The translations under genes and the position numbers were made by a program. A DNA stretch of 64,000 bases, taken from Clostridiales bacterium. Its GTDB lineage: Bacteria; Bacillota; Clostridia; Christensenellales; CAG-138. Below are positions 28,066 to 37,320 of this stretch, piece after piece. Each line of letters opens with the position of its first letter. Within the stretch, counting starts at the first letter, position 1. Below the pieces are notes generated by a model. The model was not told the DNA's origin. It was given only the letters and a program-made list of their open reading frames with translations, and did no database searches. The DNA lies in the NCBI GenBank assembly GCA_012838425.1, contig DUPG01000014.1:1541-65540 (forward strand), in the 5' to 3' direction.

Positions 28066-29452
28066 TATGTCTCAGCATAAAAACGAAATGCCCACGCAGG
28101 ACCCAAAAGTCAGAAGCAGAAATTTCAACGAAGTCGCATTAGGGTATTCAAAGGAACAGGCATTAGACGAGGCGCAACGCTGCCTTAACTGCAAGCACAA
28201 GCCCTGCGTATCGGGCTGTCCTGTGGCTATAGACATTCCCGGATTCATTGAAAAAATCAGGGAGAATGATTTTACAGGCGCATACGAGGTTATATCGCGA
28301 ACAAGCTCTTTGCCCGCTATTTGCGGCAGGGTTTGCCCGCAGGAAAACCAGTGCGAGAAATACTGCGTGCGCGGAATAAAGCATGAGCCGGTCGCAATAG
28401 GCAGATTAGAGCGTTTTGTAGCCGACTATGTAATGGAGCATGAGCAAAAGCACGAGCAAAAGATAGAGAAGAACGGCAAGAAGGTAGCCGTAATAGGCTC
28501 AGGCCCGGCCGGACTCTCTTGCGCCGGCGTATTGGCAAAGTTAGGCTATGATGTTACTGTATTTGAGGCTTTGCACGTCGCGGGCGGCGTATTGATGTAC
28601 GGTATTCCTGAATTCAGACTGCCCAAGGTAATAGTTCAAAAAGAGATTGAGGGCTTGAAGGAGTTAGGGGTAAAAATAGAAACCAACATGGTAATAGGCA
28701 AGACGCTTTCGATAGACGAGCTGCAGGAAATGGGCTTTGAAGCGATATTCATAGGCTCCGGTGCAGGCTTGCCCAAGTTTATGAATATCCCCGGTGAAAA
28801 TCTGAACGGCGTATATTCCGCAAATGAGTTTTTAACACGCATAAACCTTATGAAAGCCTATATAGATGATTCCATGACGCCCATAAAGCGTGCGAAGCAT
28901 GTTGTAGTGGTAGGCGGCGGAAATGTGGCTATGGACGCGGCAAGGTGTGCGCTGAGGTTGGGCGCTGAGGAAGTGTCAATAGTATATCGCAGAAGCGAAG
29001 CCGAATTGCCCGCCAGAAAAGAAGAGGTCGAACACGCAAAGGAAGAGGGCATAAGGTTCAGGCTATTAACCAACCCTGTTGAAATACTTAGTGACGACGG
29101 CAAGAATGTAAGCCGCATTAAGTGTATAGAAATGGAGTTAGGCGAGCCCGACGCGTCCGGCAGGCGCAGACCCGTTGAGAAGAAGGGCTCTGAATTTGAA
29201 ATAGAAGCCGACTGCGTAATCATCGCGATAGGTACGGTGCCAAATCCGCTTATTAAGTCCACAACCAAGGGGCTTGAAACGCAGAAGTGGGGCGGCATAA
29301 TAGCTGATGAAAACGGCTTAACCACAAGAGATTCCGTATATGCCGGCGGCGACGCGGTTACAGGTGCAGCGACGGTTATATTGGCAATGGGCGCAGGCAA
29401 GACAGCGGCAGAAGCCATACATAAACAGCTTTCCGGTCATTCGGCTGAATAA
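28058..29452 (+). CDS. nfnB: NfnB / glutamate synthase small-subunit-like NADPH oxidoreductase
   Basis: ATG at 28058 preceded by AAGGAG. CLNCKHKPC..GCP and CGRVCPQENQCE Fe-S motifs. VIGSGPAGLSCA dinucleotide fold. Confidence 0.85.
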   Translation: MANMSQHKNEMPTQDPKVRSRNFNEVALGYSKEQALDEAQRCLNCKHKPCVSGCPVAIDIPGFIEKIRENDFTGAYEVISRTSSLPAICGRVCPQENQCEKYCVRGIKHEPVAIGRLERFVADYVMEHEQKHEQKIEKNGKKVAVIGSGPAGLSCAGVLAKLGYDVTVFEALHVAGGVLMYGIPEFRLPKVIVQKEIEGLKELGVKIETNMVIGKTLSIDELQEMGFEAIFIGSGAGLPKFMNIPGENLNGVYSANEFLTRINLMKAYIDDSMTPIKRAKHVVVVGGGNVAMDAARCALRLGAEEVSIVYRRSEAELPARKEEVEHAKEEGIRFRLLTNPVEILSDDGKNVSRIKCIEMELGEPDASGRRRPVEKKGSEFEIEADCVIIAIGTVPNPLIKSTTKGLETQKWGGIIADENGLTTRDSVYAGGDAVTGAATVILAMGAGKTAAEAIHKQLSGHSAE

Positions 29453-29467
29453 TTCAAAATGCAGACA

Positions 29468-29490
29468 AAGGGCGCGTCGCGCCCTTTTTT
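29468..29490 (+). terminator. Rho-independent terminator of nfnAB
   Basis: aagggcgcg-t-cgcgccctt stem followed by tttttt. Confidence 0.8.
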
Positions 29491-29581
29491 GTGTGGAGTG
29501 GGGCGAACCGTGCGGAGCGCAGAATGAATACGCCTTACGGGTGAATGAGGACGGCAACAAGCTGCCGAATGAAATATGGTA

Positions 29582-29607
29582 TGCAGGGGCGTGCATTGCG
29601 TTTTTTT
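29582..29607 (+). repeat. Second shared module (TGCAGGGGCGTGCATTGCG + T7), copy B
   Basis: See 8085-8113. A mini hairpin atgca-ggggcg-tgcat followed by a T-run. Confidence 0.6.
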
Positions 29608-29615
29608 ATAATCCT

Positions 29616-29670
29616 GTTCCTTTGCTCCTTTTCTTTTAAGAAAAGGAGTGGGGTACAGGGCAAAGCCCCG
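29616..29670 (-). repeat. 55-nt intergenic repeat, copy B (inverted relative to copy A)
   Basis: The reverse complement cggggctttgccctgtaccccactccttttcttaaaagaaaaggagcaaaggaac matches 7891-7945 at 46/55 positions. Confidence 0.8.
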
Positions 29671-29759
29671 CGTGCCTCTCCGCATGCTCTCCGTGCTTGA
29701 AAAAAGCTATGCGCTGTGTTATCCTTATCCACAGTGCAAAAACATATTCGGAGGATACT

Positions 29760-31127
29760 ATGATTTACGATTTAATAGTTATTGGCGGAGGTCCCGGCGG
29801 ATACTTGGCAAGCGAACGCGCGGCGGAGGCAGGGCTAAAGGTTTTGTGCATTGAGCGTGAGAATTTGGGCGGTGTATGCCTGAATGAAGGCTGTATTCCC
29901 ACAAAAACGCTGCTGTATTCGGCAAAGCTGTTCGACGGCGCAAAGCATGGCGACAAATACGGCGTAAGCGTCGATAGCATAGCCATAGATCACAATAAGG
30001 TTGTAGCCCGCAAGAACAAGGTCGTAAAAATGCTTGTCGGCGGCATAAGAAATACTCTTAAAGCAAAAGGCGTTGAGGTTGTAAACGGCATAGGCAGAAT
30101 AAAGTGCATTTCTGACGATAATTTTGAGGTTGAAGCAGGCGACGCAACCTATTCAGCCAAACACCTGATAATAGCAACAGGCTCAACATCAGTTATTCCT
30201 CCGATTGAGGGAGTGCGCGAAGGCATAGAAAAGGGCAAAATTCTAACAAACAGAGAGATTCTGAACCTTAGTGAAGTTCCGAATAAGCTTGTAGTAGTTG
30301 GCGGTGGCGTAATAGGCTTAGAGATGGCGTCATACTACAATTCGATAGGCTCGCAAGTAACCGTTGTGGAAATGCTTGACCATATTGCAGGCGAGAACGA
30401 TTCAGAGCTAAGCGAAATCCTGCGTAAGAACTATGAGAAGCGCGGAATCAAGTTCCTGCTATCAACAAAGGTTGTGAGGTTTACCGACACGCAAGTTCAC
30501 TGTGTTTCAGAAAGCGGCGAGCAAATAGAGCTTGAATACGATTACGCGCTTATGTCGGTAGGCAGAAGGGCAAACACAGATATAGGCTTAGAGAATATAG
30601 GCGTTGCTGTTGAGCGCGGGGCAATAATTACAGACCCGCAAATGCGAACTAATGTAAACAACTGCTATGCTGTGGGCGACTGCAACGGCAAATCAATGCT
30701 GGCGCATACGGCATATCGTGAAGCGGAGGTAGCTGTAAACAACATATTAGGCAAGGCAGACGCGATAGATTACAGCAGAATTCCAAGCGTCATATATACT
30801 AACCCCGAGTTAGCAAGCGTAGGCGAAACGGAAGCAACCGCACTCAAAAAAGGCATGGATATTCGCGTTAAGAAGCTGAGCATGCGCTTCTCAGGCAGGT
30901 ATTTGGCTGAAAACGAGGGCGGCGACGGTATATTCAAGCTGATTGTGAACAATAAAGACAACCGCGTGGTAGGCGCTCAGGCATTAGCGAATTATTCTTC
31001 GGAGTTCATAGTCGCGGTAGGCGTTATGATAGAAGCCAATATGACATTAGAGCAAGTACAGAAGGTAGTATTCCCGCACCCAACCGTATGCGAAATAATC
31101 AGGGAAGCCGTTTTCTTTGAAGAATGA
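29760..31127 (+). CDS. lpdA: Dihydrolipoyl dehydrogenase
   Basis: ATG at 29760 preceded by GGAGGA. YDLIVIGGGPGGY, redox-active GGVCLNEGCIPTK, C-terminal HPT..E. Confidence 0.9.
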   Translation: MIYDLIVIGGGPGGYLASERAAEAGLKVLCIERENLGGVCLNEGCIPTKTLLYSAKLFDGAKHGDKYGVSVDSIAIDHNKVVARKNKVVKMLVGGIRNTLKAKGVEVVNGIGRIKCISDDNFEVEAGDATYSAKHLIIATGSTSVIPPIEGVREGIEKGKILTNREILNLSEVPNKLVVVGGGVIGLEMASYYNSIGSQVTVVEMLDHIAGENDSELSEILRKNYEKRGIKFLLSTKVVRFTDTQVHCVSESGEQIELEYDYALMSVGRRANTDIGLENIGVAVERGAIITDPQMRTNVNNCYAVGDCNGKSMLAHTAYREAEVAVNNILGKADAIDYSRIPSVIYTNPELASVGETEATALKKGMDIRVKKLSMRFSGRYLAENEGGDGIFKLIVNNKDNRVVGAQALANYSSEFIVAVGVMIEANMTLEQVQKVVFPHPTVCEIIREAVFFEE

Positions 31128-31603
31128 ATATTAAAATAATATGCGTAGGCAGCTTGAAGGAAAACTACTTGCAGGCTGCCTGCGCCGAATACATAAAAAG
31201 GCTGAAAAAATACTGCAGCATTTCTATTATTGAGCTAAACGAAGCGAAATTAGCCGATAACGCCTCGCCTGCGCAAATACAACAAGCGGTGAGTGCAGAA
31301 AGCAGTATGCTTCTAAACGCATTGAACAGCAAAGACTATGTAATTGCGTTAGATGTTGGCGGCGTTCAGTTAAGCTCAAACGAGTTCGCGCAGGTATTCT
31401 CTGAACAGATGAATTCAGGAAAAAGCAGCTTTTGCCTCTTGATAGGCGGTTCAAACGGGTTTGACGACAGTGTGAGAAAACGCGCGGATATGGTGCTATC
31501 CTTTTCAAAACTCACATTCCCGCATCAGCTTTTTAGGGTTATAGTGTTAGAGCAAGTGTATAGGGCTATGAAAATACTCAACAACGAGAGGTATCACAAG
31601 TGA
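31124..31603 (+). CDS. rlmH: 23S rRNA (pseudouridine1915-N3)-methyltransferase
   Basis: 159 aa SPOUT fold. LIGGSNGF...[23 protein letters not shown]. Confidence 0.9.
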   Translation: MNIKIICVGSLKENYLQAACAEYIKRLKKYCSISIIELNEAKLADNASPAQIQQAVSAESSMLLNALNSKDYVIALDVGGVQLSSNEFAQVFSEQMNSGKSSFCLLIGGSNGFDDSVRKRADMVLSFSKLTFPHQLFRVIVLEQVYRAMKILNNERYHK

Positions 31604-32037
31604 AAGCGGTTGTTCAGCGCGTAAGCAGCGCAAGTGTAACCATAAACAGCAAAGTAGTTGGCGAAATAGGCAAAGGTCTGCTTGTATTATTGGGAGTAGG
31701 CAAGGGCGACACGCAAAAGGAAGTAGCTTACTTGGCCGACAAGCTGTTGGGTTTACGCATATTTGAAGACGAAAACGGCAAGATGAATTTATCCGTTTTA
31801 GATATCGGCGGAGAAATACTGCTCGTTTCTCAGTTTACACTCTATGGTGATGTAAGAAAAGGCAAACGCCCCAGCTTTACGGAAGCAGCCCCGCCATGCG
31901 AAGCCGAAGCCCTGTATGAAGCTATGAAGCAAAAGCTAAGCGAGCAAATAAATGTTGAGTGCGGAGAGTTCGGCGCGGATATGAAGGTAGCGCTTGTGAA
32001 CGACGGTCCTGTAACTATTATTCTGGAAAGCGTATAA
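31600..32037 (+). CDS. dtd: D-aminoacyl-tRNA deacylase
   Basis: [13 protein letters not shown]..., [33 protein letters not shown] start overlaps the rlmH stop codon. Confidence 0.95.
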   Translation: MKAVVQRVSSASVTINSKVVGEIGKGLLVLLGVGKGDTQKEVAYLADKLLGLRIFEDENGKMNLSVLDIGGEILLVSQFTLYGDVRKGKRPSFTEAAPPCEAEALYEAMKQKLSEQINVECGEFGADMKVALVNDGPVTIILESV

Positions 32038-32064
32038 TATTAGCTGCTTGTGGTGTATTAAGAA

Positions 32065-34311
32065 TCAATCGCCGCTAACCCTAAACACATCTATAACCGA
32101 CTCAATTCCTCGCAGCATTGTCATAATGAAGCGCAGTCTGAATGAATCCTCAACCTCGAATGCAAGCTTAATTGTCGCGTACTTGCCCGATTCGTCTGTA
32201 TCCGCCTTTATGTATTTGATATCAACATTTGCATTAAACAAAGCGCGCGAAATATCGGATAGAATTCCCTTTCTTTCGTGCGCCAATATCGTAATATAAA
32301 CTAAGTATGAGCCAATATTGCCCTCTATCCACTCTACGCTTATTTTGCGTTCTTCAGACAGAAGCAGCGATTTTGCGTTCTTGCAGTCTGTTCTGTGAAC
32401 CGATACGCCCCTGTTCTTCGTAACATATCCGAATATAGAATCTCCGGGAACCGGGTTGCAGCAATTAGCCAGATGAATAGCCATAGAGGGAAAACCCGGC
32501 ACCATAACGCCCTTGTTTTGCGAATATGCGGGTCTTTGCGCGCTTGCATCTGCGGCTCTTTCCTCAAGCTGCTCCACCAACTGCTGTTCACGGGCTTTGT
32601 TGCGCATATCCTCCGTTAATATGCCTACTACCTGTGTAACGGCTATTCCGCCTCTGCCAATGGCTGCGTATATGTCCTCAATAGTCTGCATATTATAGCG
32701 CGAAAGCAGCTTATCAATAGTGCTCGAATCAAAGTCGCTTATTTGCAGGTTCAGCTTCTTCAAGGCCTCAAGCAATAGATTGCGACCGTCCTGCACATTG
32801 TTGTCGCGGTCTGCTTTTTTGAACCATGCCTTGATTTTCGCCTTCGCCTGCTGAGTTTTAACTATTTTCAGCCAATCGCGCTTAGGCGTGCCGGAGGGTG
32901 ATGTTATTATCTGCACCACATCATTCGTTTTCAGCTCATAGTCAAGGCGTACTATTGAGCCGTTTACCTTAGCGTGTATTGCCCTGTGTCCTATTTCTGT
33001 GTGAATCCTGTATGCGAAGTCAAGCGGAGTCGAGCCTAATGGCAAATCAATTATTTCGCCGCGCGGAGTTACCACGAATACATAGTCTGAGAAGAAGTCG
33101 AACTGCACATTCTCTATGAATTCCTTAGCCGATGACGAGTAATTCTGATAACCTAACGCCTCTCTGAACCACGCAAGACTCTTGTCTAAATCCGTTGACT
33201 TGCTTCTGCCCTCCTTATACATCCAATGCGCCGCAACGCCGTATTCAGCGGTTTTGTGCATCTCAACCGTTCTTATCTGCACCTCAAAGGGCAATCCGTT
33301 TTCAGAAAACAGGGTTGTATGTATTGATTGATACATATTAGGCTTGGGAGTGGAAATATAGTCCTTAAATCGCCCGGGAAGGGGCTTCCAAATAGAGTGC
33401 ACTATGCCTAATACAGCATAACAGTCGGATACGGAGTTTACTATAATTCGCAATGCTGTAAGGTCGAATATCTCGTCAAGCGAAACCTTTTGCTTTATAA
33501 TCTTTCTGTAAATGCTGTAAAGATGCTTAGGTCTGCCGTTTATTGTGGCTTCTATGCCGCTTTCCTTCAGCTTCCTTGCTATTGTGTCCATTGCGCTTTC
33601 AAGAAGCTGCATTCTTTCCATCTGCTGCGGCTCTATCGCGCTTTTTAGCTTCTCGTACGCGACGGGGTCTATGTATTTCAAAGCCAAATCCTCAAGCTCG
33701 CATTTGATTACGCCAATACCGAATCTGTGCGCCAGCGGGGCATATACCTCGATAGTTTCGTGAGCAATGCGCATTTGCTTATCAACGGGACAATGGTCAA
33801 GCGTGCGCATATTGTGAAGCCTGTCTGCTAATTTGATAATAACAATTCGAAAGTCTCTCGCAATAGCCAAGAACATCTTGCGCAGGTTTTCGGCTTGTCT
33901 TTCTTGGCGGTTTGTAGTCATAAGCTCGGTTTGAGACAGCTTTGTTACGCCGTCAACCATTATTGCGACCTCTGAACCGAACTTCTCCTCAATTTCGGAT
34001 AAAGGAATTCCGCAGTCCTCTACAACATCGTGAAGCAAGCCTGCTATCAGGGAGCTGCTGTCCATCTCGATATTTAATAGAATCTCTGCCACAGCAAGCG
34101 GATGAGAAACATAGGGCTCGCCCGATTCGCGCACCTGATTGGCATGCGCAGTCTGCGCATATTCTACTGCGCTAACAATATTTTCGTATTCTTCGGGCGA
34201 ATACCTCTCTTTGCATCTTTCCAAAAAAGTGGACACTAACTCCTCCGCAAGCATTTTATTATATATACGGTATAACAAATAGCGATATTCTAAATATCGC
34301 TTCGATACCAT
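32065..34311 (-). CDS. relA: Bifunctional (p)ppGpp synthetase/hydrolase (long RSH)
   Basis: 748 aa. HD hydrolase domain (HPLAVA..LLHDVVED), synthetase domain (YQSIHTT), plus TGS and ACT regions. Confidence 0.95.
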   Translation of the reverse strand: MVSKRYLEYRYLLYRIYNKMLAEELVSTFLERCKERYSPEEYENIVSAVEYAQTAHANQVRESGEPYVSHPLAVAEILLNIEMDSSSLIAGLLHDVVEDCGIPLSEIEEKFGSEVAIMVDGVTKLSQTELMTTNRQERQAENLRKMFLAIARDFRIVIIKLADRLHNMRTLDHCPVDKQMRIAHETIEVYAPLAHRFGIGVIKCELEDLALKYIDPVAYEKLKSAIEPQQMERMQLLESAMDTIARKLKESGIEATINGRPKHLYSIYRKIIKQKVSLDEIFDLTALRIIVNSVSDCYAVLGIVHSIWKPLPGRFKDYISTPKPNMYQSIHTTLFSENGLPFEVQIRTVEMHKTAEYGVAAHWMYKEGRSKSTDLDKSLAWFREALGYQNYSSSAKEFIENVQFDFFSDYVFVVTPRGEIIDLPLGSTPLDFAYRIHTEIGHRAIHAKVNGSIVRLDYELKTNDVVQIITSPSGTPKRDWLKIVKTQQAKAKIKAWFKKADRDNNVQDGRNLLLEALKKLNLQISDFDSSTIDKLLSRYNMQTIEDIYAAIGRGGIAVTQVVGILTEDMRNKAREQQLVEQLEERAADASAQRPAYSQNKGVMVPGFPSMAIHLANCCNPVPGDSIFGYVTKNRGVSVHRTDCKNAKSLLLSEERKISVEWIEGNIGSYLVYITILAHERKGILSDISRALFNANVDIKYIKADTDESGKYATIKLAFEVEDSFRLRFIMTMLRGIESVIDVFRVSGD

Positions 34312-34425
34312 AGCTTTTCACCAACTATATTTCTACATTATACGCATATTGTCAAGTAAAGTCCACCTGTTGCGCTATTGATATAAGGAGTTTTTTTGCA
34401 TATAATCAGAGTATGGAGGTGCAGT

Positions 34426-34692
34426 ATGCCTAATTTGATTTCGTTATTAACCTTTGCGGCGGCTGTATTCGCTGTTTGGCTCGTATTCAAGATATTTTCT
34501 TTTCCGATAAAGATATTTTTCAGAATGCTGATAAATGCCATAATAGGCGCTGTTATATTGCTTGCTTTCAATTTCTTCGGCAACATAATAGGCTTTACAA
34601 TACCTATAACTTGGCTGACCGCGTTGATTGCGGGAGTTTTCGGAATACCCGGCGTAGGCGCGATAATAATATATATGTTGCTGTTTCCCTAA
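34426..34692 (+). CDS. bofA: BofA-family pro-sigma-K processing inhibitor
   Basis: 88 aa. INAIIGAVILLAFNFFG...GIPGVGAIIIYMLL. GGAGGT RBS upstream of the ATG at 34426. Confidence 0.75.
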   Translation: MPNLISLLTFAAAVFAVWLVFKIFSFPIKIFFRMLINAIIGAVILLAFNFFGNIIGFTIPITWLTALIAGVFGIPGVGAIIIYMLLFP

Positions 34693-35225
34693 GCTTGCCC
34701 GAAAACCTCATCGCTCAACCGCTTAAACTCATGGTACTCAGGCAAGTCGCTTAGTGCCTGCAAGCCTTGTATCAAGCCTGTGTAATACCATTCCTGCTCC
34801 GCATAGCCTCTGTTGAAGCGCGACCATAGCCTATCGCCAATCGCCTTATAATCCCTGTATATCTGACGGATATTTGATAGCTTATCCGCAAGCGAAATTA
34901 TAAGAACATCTCTGTCGACTTCAGCTGATAAGCGGTCTATCGCAGCTTGCTTCCTCTCCTCCCAAGACTTCGATTTGTCCTCCGAGCTTGCCGCAACCAA
35001 GCGCAGCACACGCTCTCCGAAACGCGCCTCTATGTCATTAGCGGTAAATGGCGTATCCTCTATTACATCGTGCAGAAGTGCTGCCGTTATCAGCTCCTCG
35101 TCATACTTTATCCCGGCGACTATCGTTCCCGCTTCCATAGGGTGAAGCATGTATGGAATGTCCGTTCCCTTGCGCCTCTGCCCTTCGTGCGCAATGCTCG
35201 CGAATATCAGCGCTTTTTCTATCAT
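34689..35225 (-). CDS. Stand-alone HD-domain protein of the RelA/SpoT hydrolase type (small alarmone hydrolase candidate)
   Basis: ALIFASIAHEGQRRKGTDIPYMLHPMEA...AALLHDVIEDT...LADKLSN. Confidence 0.7.
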   Translation of the reverse strand: MIEKALIFASIAHEGQRRKGTDIPYMLHPMEAGTIVAGIKYDEELITAALLHDVIEDTPFTANDIEARFGERVLRLVAASSEDKSKSWEERKQAAIDRLSAEVDRDVLIISLADKLSNIRQIYRDYKAIGDRLWSRFNRGYAEQEWYYTGLIQGLQALSDLPEYHEFKRLSDEVFGQA

Positions 35226-35306
35226 ATGCCCTCCTCAATGTGTTGAAGTGCACTGTTAAGTCTATAATAATATGAAATGCCACGAAACAAATGCAACTCG
35301 TACCGG

Positions 35307-35795
35307 TTATTCGTACTTGAAATCTGATTTTTCGCACCTGTAATATTTGTTAGTATCGTCTTCGCCAATGTGTTTGAATCCGACCTTTTCAAGCACATGC
35401 TGGCTTCGCGTGTTTTTCAATATAGAGTCTGCGTTGACCGCAAGCATATTCATTTCATTAAATGCGTACTGCAGCGCAAGCCGTATTGCCTTAGTGCCTA
35501 TGCCCTTGTTTTTGTAATTGTCATTCTTTAAGTGGATTCCAAGCGTACATTCTCGCTTTTCATTATCGATTTTCTTCAACACCACTTCGCCTATAGGTTC
35601 ATTGCTCAGCATTACAGCCAACGATACGTTACCTATTATACGATGATGCATGAAATAGCCTTTTACCCATTCTTTGTCGTAAACATAGGGCTTAAAATCC
35701 TCCATGTTCGCATATGTGCATGGGTCGGTCTCAAAGCCCTGAAAGAATTTGTGTGTAAGCGCTTTCGTCATAGGAACAAGCTTAATTTCAGACAT
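35307..35795 (-). CDS. GNAT-family N-acetyltransferase (RimJ/RimL-like)
   Basis: 162 aa. KNKGIGTKAIRLALQYAF acetyl-CoA binding motif. Confidence 0.8.
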   Translation of the reverse strand: MSEIKLVPMTKALTHKFFQGFETDPCTYANMEDFKPYVYDKEWVKGYFMHHRIIGNVSLAVMLSNEPIGEVVLKKIDNEKRECTLGIHLKNDNYKNKGIGTKAIRLALQYAFNEMNMLAVNADSILKNTRSQHVLEKVGFKHIGEDDTNKYYRCEKSDFKYE

Positions 35796-35831
35796 AGCTC
35801 ACCTTTTAGAACAGAAAATCGGGATATTGAA

Positions 35832-35866
35832 CAAAAAACTTGATTTGCCAAATGCGACAAATCAAG
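35832..35866 (-). terminator. Terminator downstream of tRNA-Leu
   Basis: Minus strand has stem cttgatttg/caaatcaag followed by ttttttg. Confidence 0.7.
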
Positions 35867-35871
35867 TGAAC

Positions 35872-35957
35872 TGGTGCCGAAGGTGGGACTTGAACCCACA
35901 CGGTATTGCTACCAACGGATTTTGAGTCCGTCACGTCTGCCATTCCATCACTTCGGC
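35872..35957 (-). tRNA. tRNA-Leu (anticodon CAA), CCA encoded
   Basis: Reverse complement GCCGAAG..ACGGA-CTCAAAA-TCCGT..long variable arm GGTAGCAATACC..GTGGGTTCAAGTCCCAC-CTTCGGC-ACCA. Confidence 0.95.
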
Positions 35958-36205
35958 GTCAACAAAACGAATTATAGCATAAAAAAATACTATGCGCAAT
36001 AATTTTTTTAGCAGTTTTTTGTGCATATTATTAAATGATAAGGATTTGGCTTGCTAACTGCAATTTGGCAAAGCGGTATGCTTCACCTGCACAGCTTTTG
36101 CGCATATTATAAGGTAGCGATATCCTCATTATGCACTGCAGCCTTGCTTGCTTCATCGCCCGCGAATATGCTTTAATAATATACAATCTTTCTTGATTTG
36201 GGGTG

Positions 36206-36234
36206 TTGACAAACCAATATGCTGTATGTATAAT
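36206..36234 (+). promoter_or_regulatory. Consensus sigma-A promoter for tRNA-Asn
   Basis: TTGACA (36206-36211), 17 nt spacer, TATAAT (36229-36234). Confidence 0.75.
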
Positions 36235-36274
36235 TATTATCGTCGTTAGAAAACTTCTGATGGCGTATGAATAT

Positions 36275-36350
36275 TCCTCCTTAGCTCAGTCGGTAGAGCA
36301 TGCGGCTGTTAACCGCAGTGTCGTTGGTTCGAGTCCAACAGGGGGAGCCA
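36275..36350 (+). tRNA. tRNA-Asn (anticodon GTT), CCA encoded
   Basis: TCCTCCT-TA-GCTCAGTCGGTAGAGC-A-TGCGG-CTGTTAA-CCGCA-GTGTC-GTTGGTTCGAGTCCAAC-AGGGGGA-GCCA. Cloverleaf fits with one G-U pair in the acceptor stem. Confidence 0.95.
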
Positions 36351-36353
36351 TAG

Positions 36354-36386
36354 AAAGCAAGTCGAAAGGCTTGCTTTTGTTTATTT
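36354..36386 (+). terminator. Terminator after tRNA-Asn
   Basis: aaagcaag-tcgaaagg-cttgcttt followed by tgtttattt. Confidence 0.75.
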
Positions 36387-36527
36387 CATTATGATGGAGT
36401 TCTCAATTATACCATCACACACCATATGCAAAATTTTACTATATTTCCAATAAGTTTTTGTATAAATATAATTTGCATTTAGTCAAATATACTTGACATA
36501 TGGTGTTTGCTATGCTAATATGCAAGT

Positions 36528-36773
36528 ATGGAGAGGAAGCATAACGGGGCAGGCATAAAAAACCTTAAACTAAAGAGTGCTCGAGCGCAAAAGGATATGT
36601 CGCAGGAGCAGCTGGCAAGGGCTATTGGTGTGTCGCGTCAGACTATCAATATGATAGAAAAGGGCAACTTCAACCCTTCGCTGTCATTATGTATAAGCAT
36701 TTGCCGCGTTTTAGGTAAGACTTTAGACGAACTATTTTGGAATGAGGAGGCAAGGTATGAAGCAGAAGAATAA
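36528..36773 (+). CDS. XRE-family HTH transcriptional regulator (small)
   Basis: LKSARAQKDMSQEQLARAIGVSRQTINMIEKGNFNPSLSLCISICRVLGKTLDELF. TTGACA-N17-TAATAT promoter at about 36493-36521. Confidence 0.85.
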   Translation: MERKHNGAGIKNLKLKSARAQKDMSQEQLARAIGVSRQTINMIEKGNFNPSLSLCISICRVLGKTLDELFWNEEARYEAEE

Positions 36774-37227
36774 CTACTTTCGTATTTATTCGATAATGAA
36801 GAGCAACCTTGCCGTAAACGACGAGAGGATTGCTAACGAGCGCACAAAATTAGGCCTCAGAATGCTAAGACTGATACAGTTTATAGTCGTTGGGGTGCAG
36901 CTGTTAGGGCTGATTGCGAGTGTTATAAAGCCGCACAATGGCTACTTCTCAATACCTCTGTATATTTACTTGCTCATACTGCTTCCGTTTATCGTTGAGC
37001 CGCTATATGCTTGCGCAAAGGGTTCGATAGGGGCGCAGCGGTACGACTCCATATACTTCTTAGTCGGCATGATAGAGTTTGGATACTTCTCAATGGAGCT
37101 AATCAGACTGTTCGGTGCGGACATTGTGGGGCTTATAGCAGCGCTGCTTTCGGGCATGGTGCTGTACTATTTAGCTTGTGTGCTGTTGTATTACTTATAT
37201 GCAAGGCGCAATGCAAGCGAAGAATGA
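36757..37227 (+). CDS. Polytopic membrane protein co-transcribed with the XRE regulator
   Basis: ATG at 36757 preceded by GAGGAGG. Overlaps the regulator's 3' end. About 4 TM helices. Confidence 0.55.
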   Translation: MKQKNNYFRIYSIMKSNLAVNDERIANERTKLGLRMLRLIQFIVVGVQLLGLIASVIKPHNGYFSIPLYIYLLILLPFIVEPLYACAKGSIGAQRYDSIYFLVGMIEFGYFSMELIRLFGADIVGLIAALLSGMVLYYLACVLLYYLYARRNASEE

Positions 37228-37285
37228 TTGCTTTGAAACTTTTTCATAATTCACAAGTGCAAAAACTTGTGGCCTCCTGTTTTTA

Positions 37286-37320
37286 CCCGCTTGGATGACC
37301 GGTTCAAGCGGGGTTTTTTG
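37286..37320 (+). terminator. Terminator after the XRE-membrane cassette
   Basis: cccgcttg ... caagcggg stem followed by gtttttt. Confidence 0.7.

Noticed and set aside
29495-29509. Third copy of the 55-nt repeat (GGAGTGGGGCGAACC)
   Set aside because: Only about 10 nt match the core. I kept it as a remark inside the lpdA-leader finding, not as a separate repeat feature.
29725-29733. Perfect DnaA box TTATCCACA upstream of lpdA
   Set aside because: It is a single isolated 9-mer. About 0.5 occurrences are expected by chance in 64 kb on both strands. There is no cluster, AT-rich unwinding element or dnaA nearby.
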